From NCBI GenBank assembly GCA_965224465.1, contig OZ245049.1:4980001-5012000 (forward strand): a DNA stretch of 32,000 nt, in the 5' to 3' direction. Below, in pieces: positions 10,609-22,518 of the stretch. The DNA is from Flavobacteriaceae bacterium (lineage in GTDB: Bacteria > Bacteroidota > Bacteroidia > Flavobacteriales > Flavobacteriaceae). The first letter of the stretch is position 1. Each line of letters begins with the position of its first letter. Made by a program: the position numbers and the translations under genes. The notes under the pieces were generated by a model that was given only the letters and a program-made list of their open reading frames with translations, was not told the origin of the DNA and made no database searches.

Positions 10609-11538
10609 ATGAAACAGAATATAGCCATAGGAGTAGATGTAGGAGGTAGTCATATTATAAGTGCTGCGGTAAATTTAAATACATTTGAAATTATTCCGAA
10701 TTCTACTTTCTCGGAAAAAATAGATAATAAGGCTGCTAAAAGTGTGGTCTTATCTGGATGGAGTCAGGTAATTAATAAAACTATTAATAGTGTTAACGAA
10801 TTAAAACAAAACACAAAAATAGCGTTTGCGATGCCTGGTCCATGTAATTATAAAAAAGGAGTGACGTTGTTTCAAAACAACGATAAATATGAAAACTTGT
10901 ACAATGTTTCTATTCCAAAAGAATTGTCTCGGTTTTTAGAAGCATCAGGAGTTGATTTTCGTTTTATGAACGATGCGACTTCCTTTGGTGTAGGTGTCGC
11001 TAGATTGGGAGAATCTAAAGGAGTTAAAAAAGTAATTGCATTGACTTTGGGAACAGGGTTTGGAGCTACTTTTATAAACGATGGATTGCCTGTTGTAGAA
11101 GCTATAAATGTTCCTAAAGGAGGTTGTTTGTGGGATAAAAAATTCAAAAATGGAATGGCTGATGATTATTTTTCGACACGATGGTTTGTAAAACGCTATT
11201 TCGAATTGTCAGGAATTGAATTGAAAGGTGTAAAAGAAATTGTTCGTAATTTTACAACTGTTTCTGCTCAAGTTTTTTCAGAATTCAGTTCCAATTTTGT
11301 GAAATTTATGATGCCTTATATCATACAGTTTGATCCGGAATTGATAGTTTTAGGAGGGAATATATCCAATGCAAGTACTCATTTTTTAGAAGACGTAGAA
11401 GCAGGATTTAAAGCGCAAGGCGTAGACGTTAGACTGCAAGTTTCGAAAGAAGGTGAAGCGGCAGCGATTGTTGGAAGTGCTCAGTTATTTTCACCATTGT
11501 TTTGGGATAAAATTAAAAACGACTTGCCAGAAAGTTAA
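10609..11538 (+). CDS. ROK-family / ASKHA-fold sugar kinase-like protein
   Basis: The N-terminal phosphate-1 motif IAIGVDVGGSHI and the later LTLGTGFGATFINDG motif are present. I could not see the classical ROK Zn-binding CxCGxxGC motif, so the substrate is unknown. Confidence 0.65.
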   Translation: MKQNIAIGVDVGGSHIISAAVNLNTFEIIPNSTFSEKIDNKAAKSVVLSGWSQVINKTINSVNELKQNTKIAFAMPGPCNYKKGVTLFQNNDKYENLYNVSIPKELSRFLEASGVDFRFMNDATSFGVGVARLGESKGVKKVIALTLGTGFGATFINDGLPVVEAINVPKGGCLWDKKFKNGMADDYFSTRWFVKRYFELSGIELKGVKEIVRNFTTVSAQVFSEFSSNFVKFMMPYIIQFDPELIVLGGNISNASTHFLEDVEAGFKAQGVDVRLQVSKEGEAAAIVGSAQLFSPLFWDKIKNDLPES

Positions 11539-11643
11539 GGAATACTTTTTAGAACGTTCGTGTAATAAGTAAAATATAGAAATTACGTTCTCCATATTTA
11601 GAACGCAGCTGTTTTAACGAATTACTTTTGTTTGTATTGTTAT

Positions 11644-11677
11644 AAAAAAAATGCTCACTTTAAAAGTGAGCATTTTT
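11644..11677. terminator. bidirectional terminator between the convergent ROK and 11693..12331 genes
   Basis: A 10-bp stem (atgctcactt / aagtgagcat) is flanked by an A7 run on one side and a T5 run on the other. Confidence 0.75.
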
Positions 11678-11692
11678 AATGTCTAACCAAAT

Positions 11693-12331
11693 TTAGATCA
11701 TTTCTCCTAAAACGGGTTTTTTAGAGGCCCTTATAGTAGAAGTATTGTATCCTGAGAACTTTTTCATATAGTGCCTAATGCTTGTGCCATTGGCATCTTC
11801 AAATGCATGTGATCCTCCTGTTCTCAGGAATTTTTTAACATTTCCTGCGCCTGCTAAATGTGCAGCTGCAAGAATTCCGGATTCCGTTATTCTTACCCCG
11901 TTCATTCGTTTCCCAACACTTCGTTTGATATCTCTTCGTAGAATCCATTTATTTAACGAGCATAAAGCTATAAATGCATCCTCTTGAAGTTGAGGTGTGT
12001 TTAGAAACTTACGGGTATCGTAAATTTTGAACCTTTTTAAGGTCGATTTCCCAAATTGGTACTTTCCTAAGTAGCCTAAACTATTTACAACGGAATACTT
12101 TCCTTGAGATTCTTTAAAAGCAACCGCTTCTTTGAATCCTACAAATGAGTTTCCTGCAAATGGTATTTGAGATGTTTCTTCTTGTTCACTGGCTTCTAAA
12201 GCTAAAACGGTACTTACGGTATTTTCGTTGTAAGTAACATTATAAATAGAGGTGTTCTTCTTTTTCGTTAGTGCTAAAAACGAAAATATAAGTGTAACAA
12301 TTATTGTATACAGTATGTGTCTTTTCATCAT
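11693..12331 (-). CDS. secreted lysozyme-like / lytic-transglycosylase-like protein (weak call)
   Basis: It has an N-terminal hydrophobic signal/anchor. The spacing of KESQG ... GYLGKYQFG ... AAHLAGAG resembles the ES / GLMQ / AYNAG motifs of SLT-type domains. This is recognised by eye only. Confidence 0.4.
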   Translation of the reverse strand: MMKRHILYTIIVTLIFSFLALTKKKNTSIYNVTYNENTVSTVLALEASEQEETSQIPFAGNSFVGFKEAVAFKESQGKYSVVNSLGYLGKYQFGKSTLKRFKIYDTRKFLNTPQLQEDAFIALCSLNKWILRRDIKRSVGKRMNGVRITESGILAAAHLAGAGNVKKFLRTGGSHAFEDANGTSIRHYMKKFSGYNTSTIRASKKPVLGEMI

Positions 12332-12466
12332 TTTCAGGGTTTTAGGTTAAAATATCCCTTTAAAATTTCGAGGTGCAAAGATATATAAATATTTGTAATT
12401 AACAAGTGTTCATTGTTTTTTTATTTTTTATTGCTATTTTTAGCTATTGTGTTAGATGCTAGCTTT

Positions 12467-13501
12467 CTATCTTCGTACCCCTTGTTGGTTCAGCCATTGC
12501 TGATATTTTACTGCATTTCTATTGTGTTGCGACAACGTTTTCGCAAAAACATGTTTTCCAGGTGTATTTATATTGGCGCACATGTAAAAGTAATCGTGTT
12601 TTGTAGGGTTTAAAACGGCGTCAATAGCAGAAATATCTGGCATTCCAATAGGCCCTGGAGGTAAACCTTTGATTTTGTAGGTGTTGTAGTTTGATTCTAT
12701 TTTTAAATCTTTCAATAAGACTCGTTTGATAACCGTCTCTTGCCCTTTTAGAGCTTTGATACAGTATATAATTGTAGGGTCTGCTTGTAAAGGCCAACCG
12801 TTATTTAACCGATTCAAATATAATTGAGCAACTTGGGGACGTTCGCTAATAGCGGCGGTTTCTTTTTGAACAATAGCCGCTAAAGTACTTACTTGTATTG
12901 GCGTTAATCCTTGCTTTGATGCTTTTTCTTTTCTTTTACTATTCCAAAATCGAAGGTATTCTTTGTGCATTCGAAGCTTGAATTTTGACACAGAGGTATT
13001 CCAATAAAATTCATAAGAATTTGGAATATACATGGCTAGTGCAGTTGCTGTATTGAAATTGTTTTTGGATAAAAAAGAAGGTTCTTTAAATTCCGTTAGA
13101 ATACTTAAAGAGTCTGCTTCTATTTGTGCTGCAATACGACCCGCTAGTTTTTCTAAGGAATCTTGGTTATTAAAAGCTACTTTTACAGCTTTTTGCTTGC
13201 CACTTCTCAATAGGTTGATGACGCTGTTGTTGCTCATTCCTTTACGTATGAAATAGCGACCAGCCTTTATTTTTGAAGGATACTTCTTTTTGTTTGCGAC
13301 CCAATTTAATGGTTTTACTCGTTTTACAAAAGGGCGAAGTAAGTTTTGGACTTCGGCGTAATTAGCGCCTGTAGGAATGTATAAATAGCCTTCCTTAACG
13401 GTGTTTGGGCTGTAAATTTTGCTGTAATAGCTATAGGCTAAAACACTTGCTAAAATAAGTAATAGGGTACTTATTAGGAGAATGAGTTTTGTTTTATTCA
13501 T
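12467..13501 (-). CDS. mltG: endolytic murein transglycosylase MltG (YceG-like)
   Basis: It has a single N-terminal TM helix and is 344 aa. The C-terminal motif block LQADPTIIY ... YNTYKIKGLPPGPIGMPDISAIDAVLNP is characteristic of YceG/MltG. Confidence 0.85.
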   Translation of the reverse strand: MNKTKLILLISTLLLILASVLAYSYYSKIYSPNTVKEGYLYIPTGANYAEVQNLLRPFVKRVKPLNWVANKKKYPSKIKAGRYFIRKGMSNNSVINLLRSGKQKAVKVAFNNQDSLEKLAGRIAAQIEADSLSILTEFKEPSFLSKNNFNTATALAMYIPNSYEFYWNTSVSKFKLRMHKEYLRFWNSKRKEKASKQGLTPIQVSTLAAIVQKETAAISERPQVAQLYLNRLNNGWPLQADPTIIYCIKALKGQETVIKRVLLKDLKIESNYNTYKIKGLPPGPIGMPDISAIDAVLNPTKHDYFYMCANINTPGKHVFAKTLSQHNRNAVKYQQWLNQQGVRR

Positions 13502-14012
13502 GGGTGTTTATCAACTGAAATAATAATTCGTCTTTATAGGTGTTTTTTGTGTAGATCCAATCTTTCTTGCATCCTACTTCTTTGAATTTTTTTTGTGTAA
13601 ATAATTGGATGCTATGGTCGTTGTCTGTAGTAATGTTTGCATAGAGTTGATGTAATTGTAGTTGGTTAAAACTATACGAAATCAATAGGTCCAAAGCTTC
13701 ACTAGCATGTCCTTGATTTTTAAATTTTGGGAGTATAATAATTCCGATACCTGCTCTGTGGTGTAGTGGCTCAAAATCAAAAAGATCAATCATGCCTATG
13801 GGAGTATTGTTCAAGTCAATGACAAAACGTAGTTGCTGTGCTTCAAAAATACTTTGATGAGCATTGGAGATGTACTGTTTTAAAATATGTTTTGAAAAAG
13901 GACTTACTGTACCACTTATTTCCCAAAAATCTTGATTGTTTTCTGTATCAAATAAAAAGGGTAGATCTTCTGGTTCTAAAGCGCGAAGTTTGATGTTTTT
14001 TCCGTGTAACAT
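13494..14012 (-). CDS. GNAT-family N-acetyltransferase (RimJ/RimL-like)
   Basis: It is 172 aa, and HRAGIGIIILPKFKNQGHASEAL is an acetyl-CoA-binding (motif A-like) segment. It overlaps mltG by 8 nt, which indicates an operon. Confidence 0.7.
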   Translation of the reverse strand: MLHGKNIKLRALEPEDLPFLFDTENNQDFWEISGTVSPFSKHILKQYISNAHQSIFEAQQLRFVIDLNNTPIGMIDLFDFEPLHHRAGIGIIILPKFKNQGHASEALDLLISYSFNQLQLHQLYANITTDNDHSIQLFTQKKFKEVGCKKDWIYTKNTYKDELLFQLINTHE

Positions 14013-14016
14013 ATGT

Positions 14017-14796
14017 TTAAAAATCTAAATGTCCAAAAAATGTATTTACGGCAGGTCCTGTCAAAAATATGTTGGTATACACATCGTCTTCTATGGAAAA
14101 TGACACGTTTAACAATCCTCCTTCTACTTGTAGATCGATGCTTGTAGCTGTCGTTTTTTCTAGGTTATGGGCTATAATTGCGACAGCAGTAACCCCAGTT
14201 CCACAGGCGAGTGTTTCATCTTCTACGCCACGTTCGTAAGTACGTACTCTAAAGTGTGCATCGCCTGTTTGAGTGACAAAATTAATATTAGAACCTTCTT
14301 CTAAATACAAATCTCCATATCTGATAGCTGCTCCTTCTTCTTTTACGTTTACCAATGCTACATCCTCGCAAAACTGAACGTGATGTGGGGATCCTGTATC
14401 TAAAAAACTATAGCCTTCAAAATGTGTGAGGAGGTTAATATCTGCCATTTGTAAACTCACAATACCGTTTGTAATGGATGCGCTGTGCAATCCGTCAGCA
14501 GCATTAAAGGTGGTTTTTGTATCGATTACACCAATCATTTTTGCAAAGGCTACTGTGCAACGGCCTCCATTTCCACACATACTTCCTAGAGCACCATCGG
14601 CATTAAAATAAATCATTTTAAAATCACTTTTAGAATCATTTTCTAATAGAATTAATCCGTCAGCACCTACTCCAAAACGTCGGTCGCATAATTTGTTTAT
14701 TAATTTTTTGTTATCTTTTGGAAAATCCAATGATCTATTGTCAATCATAACAAAGTCGTTTCCCGTTCCTTGGTATTTGTAAAATTCTAGTTTCAT
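14017..14796 (-). CDS. dapF: diaminopimelate epimerase
   Basis: The motifs GTGNDFVMIDN, MCGNGGRC (first catalytic Cys) and LACGTGVTA (second catalytic Cys) are present. The protein is 259 aa. Confidence 0.92.
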   Translation of the reverse strand: MKLEFYKYQGTGNDFVMIDNRSLDFPKDNKKLINKLCDRRFGVGADGLILLENDSKSDFKMIYFNADGALGSMCGNGGRCTVAFAKMIGVIDTKTTFNAADGLHSASITNGIVSLQMADINLLTHFEGYSFLDTGSPHHVQFCEDVALVNVKEEGAAIRYGDLYLEEGSNINFVTQTGDAHFRVRTYERGVEDETLACGTGVTAVAIIAHNLEKTTATSIDLQVEGGLLNVSFSIEDDVYTNIFLTGPAVNTFFGHLDF

Positions 14797-14943
14797 TCGG
14801 ACAAATATACTAAAAATAGGAATAATTTTTGAGGTCTATGTGCTGTTCCTTTATATTTTGTTAAATTCAGTTAAGGTTTAGTTAACTGTAGTTAAAGATA
14901 ACTATTGAAGTATTTTAAGGCCTACTTTTGAGAAGGAATGTGA

Positions 14944-16362
14944 ATGGATTATAAATCCCTAAAATATAATATTATGAAGAAAATTGGAGAAATGTTGTTG
15001 GTTTCTATGTTAGGAGGTGCACTTACTCTTGCTGCATACGTTACGTTAGTGGATGGTGATACTTCATCTATCGAAGAAGTCAATCATTCAGAACAGGTCA
15101 ATCATCAAGTAAAGACTAATTTTAACCCTAGGGCTGTGGCTTCTTTTGAGAATACAGATTTCACACATGCAGCAGAGAAAACATTAAATGCTGTGGTTCA
15201 TGTAAAAAACACGGCTATTAAGACGTATTCAGATCCTTTTACCGAATATTTTCATGGAGGATCAAATGGTTTACAAAAAAGAGCTCAAATTGGTACGGGT
15301 AGTGGCGTTATAATTTCAGCAGATGGGTATATTATCACAAATAATCATGTGATTGATAATGCTACAGAAATTGAAATTACAATGGATAATAAAAAAACAT
15401 ACATTGCGGAATTGATAGGAACTGATATTAAAAATGATATTGCGCTGGTAAAGATAAAAGGAACTGATTTCCCGTATATTACTTTTGGAAATTCCGATGA
15501 TGTAAAAGTGGGAGAATGGGTATTGGCTGTTGGAAATCCTTACAATCTTACCTCAACCGTTACTGCAGGTATTATTAGTGCAAAAGGTCGTGATTTGAGT
15601 GGTAATTCCTCCATAGATTCTTTTCTGCAAACAGATGCTGCCGTAAATCCAGGAAACAGTGGAGGTGCTTTGGTAAATGTTCGTGGAGAGTTGATAGGGA
15701 TTAACACAGCAATTTCTTCACAAACGGGGTCGTTTATTGGCTATTCTTTTGCAGTACCTTCTAATATTGCCAAAAAAGTGATAGAGGATATTATGGAATA
15801 CGGTACAGTGCAACGTGCGTTGATTGGTATTTCTTACAGTACGCGTGGTAATGATCATTTTGAAGGTGTGAAAATTGGTGAAATTACTCCCAATGGAGGT
15901 GCTGATTTAGCGGGTTTAATTAAAGATGATATTATTACAAGAATCAATGAGGTGAAAATTACAGAATTCTCAGATTTAAGCGGTCAATTGAGTGCAAAAA
16001 GACCTGGGGATAGTGTAGAAGTGACTTTTTTGAGAAACGGTAAAGAATTGTCAAGAACAGTAATATTGACAAAAAACAATTTTAAGGAATTAAAAATATT
16101 AGGATTGATATTAAAGGATGTTGATAAGAAAGAAGGGAAGAAGAATGGTATAAATGGAGGCGCTAAAATTGCATCGGTCTCCAATAAAGACTTGGTGAAT
16201 TTAGGCGTAGAAAAAGGGTTTATCATTGTAAAAATAAATAAAAAAGAAGTGAGAAGTGCAGATGATGCCATTCAAATTATTTCTAGTAAATACGGAAAAG
16301 AAGTGATGTACATAGAAATGTTGAACAACCGTGGGCAAATAGAAAGGTATGTATTTAGATAA
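14944..16362 (+). CDS. htrA: HtrA/DegP/DegQ-family periplasmic serine protease with PDZ domain(s)
   Basis: The catalytic motifs TNNHV (His), NDIALVKI (Asp) and GNSGGAL (Ser) are present, with PDZ-like C-terminal repeats. The true start may be the second ATG at 14974 (MKKIGEMLLV... signal anchor). Confidence 0.9.
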   Translation: MDYKSLKYNIMKKIGEMLLVSMLGGALTLAAYVTLVDGDTSSIEEVNHSEQVNHQVKTNFNPRAVASFENTDFTHAAEKTLNAVVHVKNTAIKTYSDPFTEYFHGGSNGLQKRAQIGTGSGVIISADGYIITNNHVIDNATEIEITMDNKKTYIAELIGTDIKNDIALVKIKGTDFPYITFGNSDDVKVGEWVLAVGNPYNLTSTVTAGIISAKGRDLSGNSSIDSFLQTDAAVNPGNSGGALVNVRGELIGINTAISSQTGSFIGYSFAVPSNIAKKVIEDIMEYGTVQRALIGISYSTRGNDHFEGVKIGEITPNGGADLAGLIKDDIITRINEVKITEFSDLSGQLSAKRPGDSVEVTFLRNGKELSRTVILTKNNFKELKILGLILKDVDKKEGKKNGINGGAKIASVSNKDLVNLGVEKGFIIVKINKKEVRSADDAIQIISSKYGKEVMYIEMLNNRGQIERYVFR

Positions 16363-16385
16363 ATTGATTGATTATAATAGCTAGT

Positions 16386-16421
16386 AAAAAGTCCTTTCCA
16401 TTTTGGAGAGGATTTTTTTTT
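16386..16421 (+). terminator. rho-independent terminator after htrA
   Basis: The stem is tcctttcc / ggagagga (one G.T pair) with a 5-nt loop, followed by a run of 9 T. Confidence 0.7.
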
Positions 16422-16515
16422 GAAACATGCAGCGAAAACGTTTGAAATAGCTACTTTTGCCGAAAAACAACATTAATCGTCATTCCTATGAAAGTGGGAA
16501 TGTAAAACTCAAACA

Positions 16516-17955
16516 ATGCAAAACACGGAAGTTTACGAAAAAGAACTTGCTTTTCAAGCCAAACGCAGAAGAGCAACCGTTAATTTTATTAAAATTATTA
16601 GCGACTTTTGGTATGATGATACCATCGAATTGATTTTATTTAGAAACCAATTGCTCGATAGAAATGTGAGTGAAATTTTATCCTTGCTAGAATACGCAGG
16701 TGATTTTGTAGAGAAGCCTATTTCAATTTTTGATGCTTTGGAAATGGCGAATGCTATTAAAAAAATAAATTTACCTCCTGCCAAATTAGATATTGGTAAA
16801 TTGGTGTATGAGTTTCATTCAAGCCAGTCTTCCATCGGTGTTTTTATTGAAGGGAAGTTGAGCGGAGCTAAAAAAGCCAATGGATTTGAGCCTAGAGACG
16901 TTGTGCTTTATGGTTTTGGACGTATCGGACGCTTATTGGCTCGTGAGTTAATGACAAGGACGGGAAAAGGAAACTTGATGCGTTTAAGAGCTATTGTTAC
17001 ACGTGGTGAAATTACAGAAACTGTTTTGGAAAAACGTGCAGCATTGCTAAGAGACGACTCTGTTCATGGTGATTTTAGAGGGACAGTACAGACCAATATA
17101 GAAAAGAAAGCGCTTATTATCAATGGAACTACAGTTTATATTATTTCAGCCGATAAGCCAGAAGAGATAGATTATACCCAATACGGTATTCATAAAGCTT
17201 TGATTTTGGATAATACAGGGGTATTTAGAGATAAAGAAGCGCTGAGTAGACATCTAAAATCTAAAGGTGCAAGTAAAGTTATATTGACGGCGCCAGGGAA
17301 AGGAGTTCCAAATATAGTGTACGGAGTGAATCATTTAGAACACTCTCCGGATAACGTTGATATTTTTTCTGCGGCTTCTTGTACTACCAACGCTATTGCG
17401 CCAATATTGAAAACGATAGAAGAGAGTTTTGGAATAGAAAACGGGCATTTAGAGACGATACATGCTTATACCAACGATCAGAATTTGGTAGATAATATGC
17501 ATAGCAAATATCGTAGAGGACGTGCTGCTGCATTAAATATGGTTATTACAGAGACGGGTGCTGGAAAAGCAGTGGCTAAAGCGTACCCCATTTTAGAAGG
17601 GAAATTAACTTCCAATGCCATTCGAGTACCAGTTCCAAATGGTTCCTTGGCTATTTTAAATTTAAGGATTGTAAACGCAGCCAGTATTGAAACCGTAAAT
17701 CAAGCGGTAAAAAAATATGCATTGGAAGGAAGTTTGGTTGAACAGATTAAATATTCGAAAAGTAACGAACTGGTGTCTTCTGATATTGTAGGGGTTTCAG
17801 CACCATCTATCTATGATAGTAATGCTACTATTGCTACGGCAGATGGTAAAAGTATTGTGCTGTATGTTTGGTACGATAACGAATATGGATATAGCCATCA
17901 AGTAATGCGTTTGGCGCGCTATGTTTCCAAAGTAAGAAGGTTTACCTATTACTAG
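16516..17955 (+). CDS. gap: glyceraldehyde-3-phosphate dehydrogenase, long form with ~130-aa N-terminal extension
   Basis: The NAD-binding motif VLYGFGRIGR and the catalytic SCTTNA motif are present, along with C-terminal WYDNEYGYS. The protein is 479 aa. Confidence 0.9.
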   Translation: MQNTEVYEKELAFQAKRRRATVNFIKIISDFWYDDTIELILFRNQLLDRNVSEILSLLEYAGDFVEKPISIFDALEMANAIKKINLPPAKLDIGKLVYEFHSSQSSIGVFIEGKLSGAKKANGFEPRDVVLYGFGRIGRLLARELMTRTGKGNLMRLRAIVTRGEITETVLEKRAALLRDDSVHGDFRGTVQTNIEKKALIINGTTVYIISADKPEEIDYTQYGIHKALILDNTGVFRDKEALSRHLKSKGASKVILTAPGKGVPNIVYGVNHLEHSPDNVDIFSAASCTTNAIAPILKTIEESFGIENGHLETIHAYTNDQNLVDNMHSKYRRGRAAALNMVITETGAGKAVAKAYPILEGKLTSNAIRVPVPNGSLAILNLRIVNAASIETVNQAVKKYALEGSLVEQIKYSKSNELVSSDIVGVSAPSIYDSNATIATADGKSIVLYVWYDNEYGYSHQVMRLARYVSKVRRFTYY

Positions 17956-17978
17956 CCCCATGCATTTGTTAATATTTA

Positions 17979-18011
17979 AGAACCGAAGTCTGTCTCAGCT
18001 TCGGTTTTTTT
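17979..18011 (+). terminator. rho-independent terminator after gap
   Basis: The stem is aaccgaag / cttcggtt with a 10-nt loop, followed by a run of 7 T. Confidence 0.75.
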
Positions 18012-18033
18012 GTATATTTTCGCTCCATATTAA

Positions 18034-20055
<2,022 letters not shown>

Positions 20056-20100
20056 TCTATATTCTGAGGGAGTTATAAAAAAGTAGAGTGAGGCATTTAT

Positions 20101-20257
20101 ACCAACTAAAATCCAAAATGACCGATATAAATAGGTTGTTTTTTGTTCTAGTGTTGTTAAGAAATAGAACGATAGCTAATGCTATCCATCCATTTTTCGA
20201 TTAGCTAAAACAAAAAATAAATTCATTTCTAAACCTTCACTTGGAAATGTGTTTGGT
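20101..20257. repeat. intergenic repeat copy A (~155 bp)
   Basis: It aligns by eye with 21211..21365, e.g. atccaaaat[ga]ac[cg]gatataaataggttgtttt, gttcta..tagaac, gatagc-nnnn-gctatc and ggaaatgt. Its 3' 70 bp also aligns with 22519..22588. Confidence 0.8.
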
Positions 20258-20346
20258 GTTATCCAAATATCCCCGTAATTTTCGCCATTGCGAAAAGTGT
20301 AGGACACAGTGATTTTTAATCCCACTAGTGGGTTTAATTTCCCCAT
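20182..20346 (-). pseudogene. 54-aa minus-strand ORF, probable remnant of a decayed gene family
   Basis: My own translation is MGKLNPLVGLKITVSYTFRNGENYGDIWITPNTFPSEGLEMNLFFVLANRKMDG. It is below the ORF-track cutoff. The C-terminal FPSxGLxMxLFF segment is also encoded in copies B and C, where it is cut by nearby stops. Confidence 0.35.
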
Positions 20347-20511
20347 GCTTGCATCGAAATGATTAAGGTTTTTTTCTTTTTCATGCCTCGTGGGCTTGCT
20401 CCGAGGTTATTGACTTCTTTATTGAGGGGGCAAGGGTATGTCCCTTAAAAGGAAAAAAGTCTTCGAAAAAAAAGCACGTACTCTTGTCAAGTCTATTCAT
20501 TTTTTTTACAT

Positions 20512-20547
20512 AAAAAAAAGCTCCATCAAATGAAGCTTATTTTTTTA
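20512..20547 (-). terminator. rho-independent terminator of the cold-shock gene
   Basis: The hairpin is agctccat / atgaagct (one mismatch), flanked by A8 and T7 runs. It lies 17 bp beyond the csp stop on the minus strand. Confidence 0.7.
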
Positions 20548-20563
20548 AAAAAGTTGCGTAAAA

Positions 20564-20755
20564 TTAAATTACTTTAACGTTTACTGCATTTAATCCTTTT
20601 TTACCTTCTGTTAATTCGAATTCAACTGCGTCTCCTTCTCTTACTTCATCAATCAATCCTGTAACGTGTAGGAAATACTCTGTTTTTGAATCGTCTTCTA
20701 TAACAAAACCAAAACCTTTAGATTCGTTAAAGAACTTTACTGTACCATTTTTCAT
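20564..20755 (-). CDS. cold-shock protein (CspA family, single CSD)
   Basis: The protein is 63 aa and carries the RNP1 motif GTVKFFNESKGFGFV and the RNP2-like YFLHV. Confidence 0.93.
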   Translation of the reverse strand: MKNGTVKFFNESKGFGFVIEDDSKTEYFLHVTGLIDEVREGDAVEFELTEGKKGLNAVNVKVI

Positions 20756-21210
20756 TTGTGTATTATGTTTTACTGTTTGATAATTTTTTAACTTACTTAT
20801 ATGACTGAAAATGACATAAAAATCCAGTACTAATAAGGCTAAATCACTTACCTATATTAATTTATATTTCAAAGATAAGATTAATATTTCTTGATTTAAC
20901 ATAATTTGTCTAGTTTTTTTAAAATTGATCAAGACACTAAGATAAAATTGCATTGTTTTTTTTGTTGTTTGAGGGACACTTAAGTAGTTCAGTTTGTTGT
21001 TTTGTAACGGTTAAGTGTGTCCTGTCTGATTCTGTATAGCAATAAGATTATATAGTTTTTTTAAAAAAGCGTCAATAAAACATTTGTTGGAATGGTGGTT
21101 TTTCAAATAATAGCTTAGAAATAGAGGGGGATTTACTGCGGTCGTCCTCTATTTTAAGGATTGAAAAGATGAGGAGTTTTAGCGTCGATTAGATTCCCTA
21201 AACTATTTGT

Positions 21211-21365
21211 ACCATTTACAATCCAAAATAACGGATATAAATAGGTTGTTTTACGTTCTAGTATTGTTGAAAAACAGAACGATAGCGAAGGCTATCCTTA
21301 GAATTTTCACCTAGCTAAAAAAAAATAGTTTCATTTTTAAACCGTGACTAGGAAATGTATTGGAC
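21211..21365. repeat. intergenic repeat copy B
   Basis: See copy A. Both small hairpins are preserved, with gttct..agaac and gatagc gaag gctatc. Confidence 0.8.
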
Positions 21366-21759
21366 ATTACAGAATTCAATTGTACTTATTTAGGGTTCTA
21401 TAGATTATTGTTAAAATAGGGGGCTATTAATTATATGGAACTCTTCTCTTTATTGCGTATTCTGTTTTTTATCGAGCGATTTTTTTTTAGTGTAGAGAAG
21501 TAAACTGATGTTCATTGGAGTTGTATTTTAGATCGGCAGTTGGGAGATGTTTAAATTTAAGGTTTCGGTTTTTTTTGGAGACTGAATTCAGACAACATAA
21601 AATGTAAAAAGTATTACTTTAGTAGTATGAATAAGAAATAATTTTATATTTTTCAACAATCATTTCTGTAAATTAATAAAGAAGCCCGTAGTACTATTAA
21701 ACTCTTTCCTTTGGAGAGATGCCAAACAAAGCGGGGGTAATGAATCAAGAAACCAATCA

Positions 21760-22413
21760 ATGAATAAAAAAATAGCCCTATTTATCTTTACAAGTGTAGC
21801 ATGCATAGATATGCTCGGAATTATTCTTGAAATTGAAGTACTACGATTTGTATTTAAACCTTTAATTCTACTGTCCTTAATGGCATTGTATAAGGTAAGT
21901 ACGAGTAATGGAATACACGCTCCCTATTTATTAGCCTTGGTGTTTTCTTTTTTTGGAGATGTTTTTTTGTTGTTTCAAGGGGATTTGTTTTTTATGTTAG
22001 GATTAGGAGCTTTTTTGATAGCGCATTTGTTTTTTATCAAACTCGTAGTTTTGTGGTGGAAGGAATTTAGATTGAGAAATTTACTTTTAACGGCGGTTCC
22101 TTTTGTGTTATTGGTTACAGGTTTGATTGTGTTTTTAAGAAGTTATTTAGATGAAATGTTTGTTCCTGTTGTTGTGTACGCCATGGTTATAGGTGCCTTT
22201 GGGACAGTGGCTACGATATTGTATCAGCAAAGAAAAACGAAAGCTGCATTTACCATGATGCTAGGTGCATTTGTATTTATGGTGTCAGATACCATCTTGT
22301 CTATCAATTTGTTTTACAAACCCATGATGCTGTTGAATATCTTAGTGATGTTTACGTATGTCCTAGCGCAGTACTTGATTTATAGTGCTGTTGTTTTGAA
22401 ACAGAAAATCTAA
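21760..22413 (+). CDS. YhhN-family (lysoplasmalogenase/TMEM86-like) integral membrane protein
   Basis: The 217-aa protein is hydrophobic almost throughout. It has the FSFFGDVFLL and GAFVFMVSDTILS motifs typical of YhhN. Confidence 0.75.
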   Translation: MNKKIALFIFTSVACIDMLGIILEIEVLRFVFKPLILLSLMALYKVSTSNGIHAPYLLALVFSFFGDVFLLFQGDLFFMLGLGAFLIAHLFFIKLVVLWWKEFRLRNLLLTAVPFVLLVTGLIVFLRSYLDEMFVPVVVYAMVIGAFGTVATILYQQRKTKAAFTMMLGAFVFMVSDTILSINLFYKPMMLLNILVMFTYVLAQYLIYSAVVLKQKI

Positions 22414-22518
22414 AATTCAGGGGGCTAGACTTCGAAATAGAAAATAGTCTTTGGGGAATTTACATCGGACTCTTGAGGTGAAGTTGTTGCTTGGGAAACT
22501 GAATGGATTCTATGGGTA

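Noticed and set aside
16516-16900. The ~130-aa N-terminal extension on GAPDH was considered as a possible novelty.
   Set aside because: As far as I recall, long-form (~480 aa) GAPDH-like proteins with such an extension are widespread and routinely annotated in Bacteroidota and other phyla. Nothing in the sequence marks this one as unusual.
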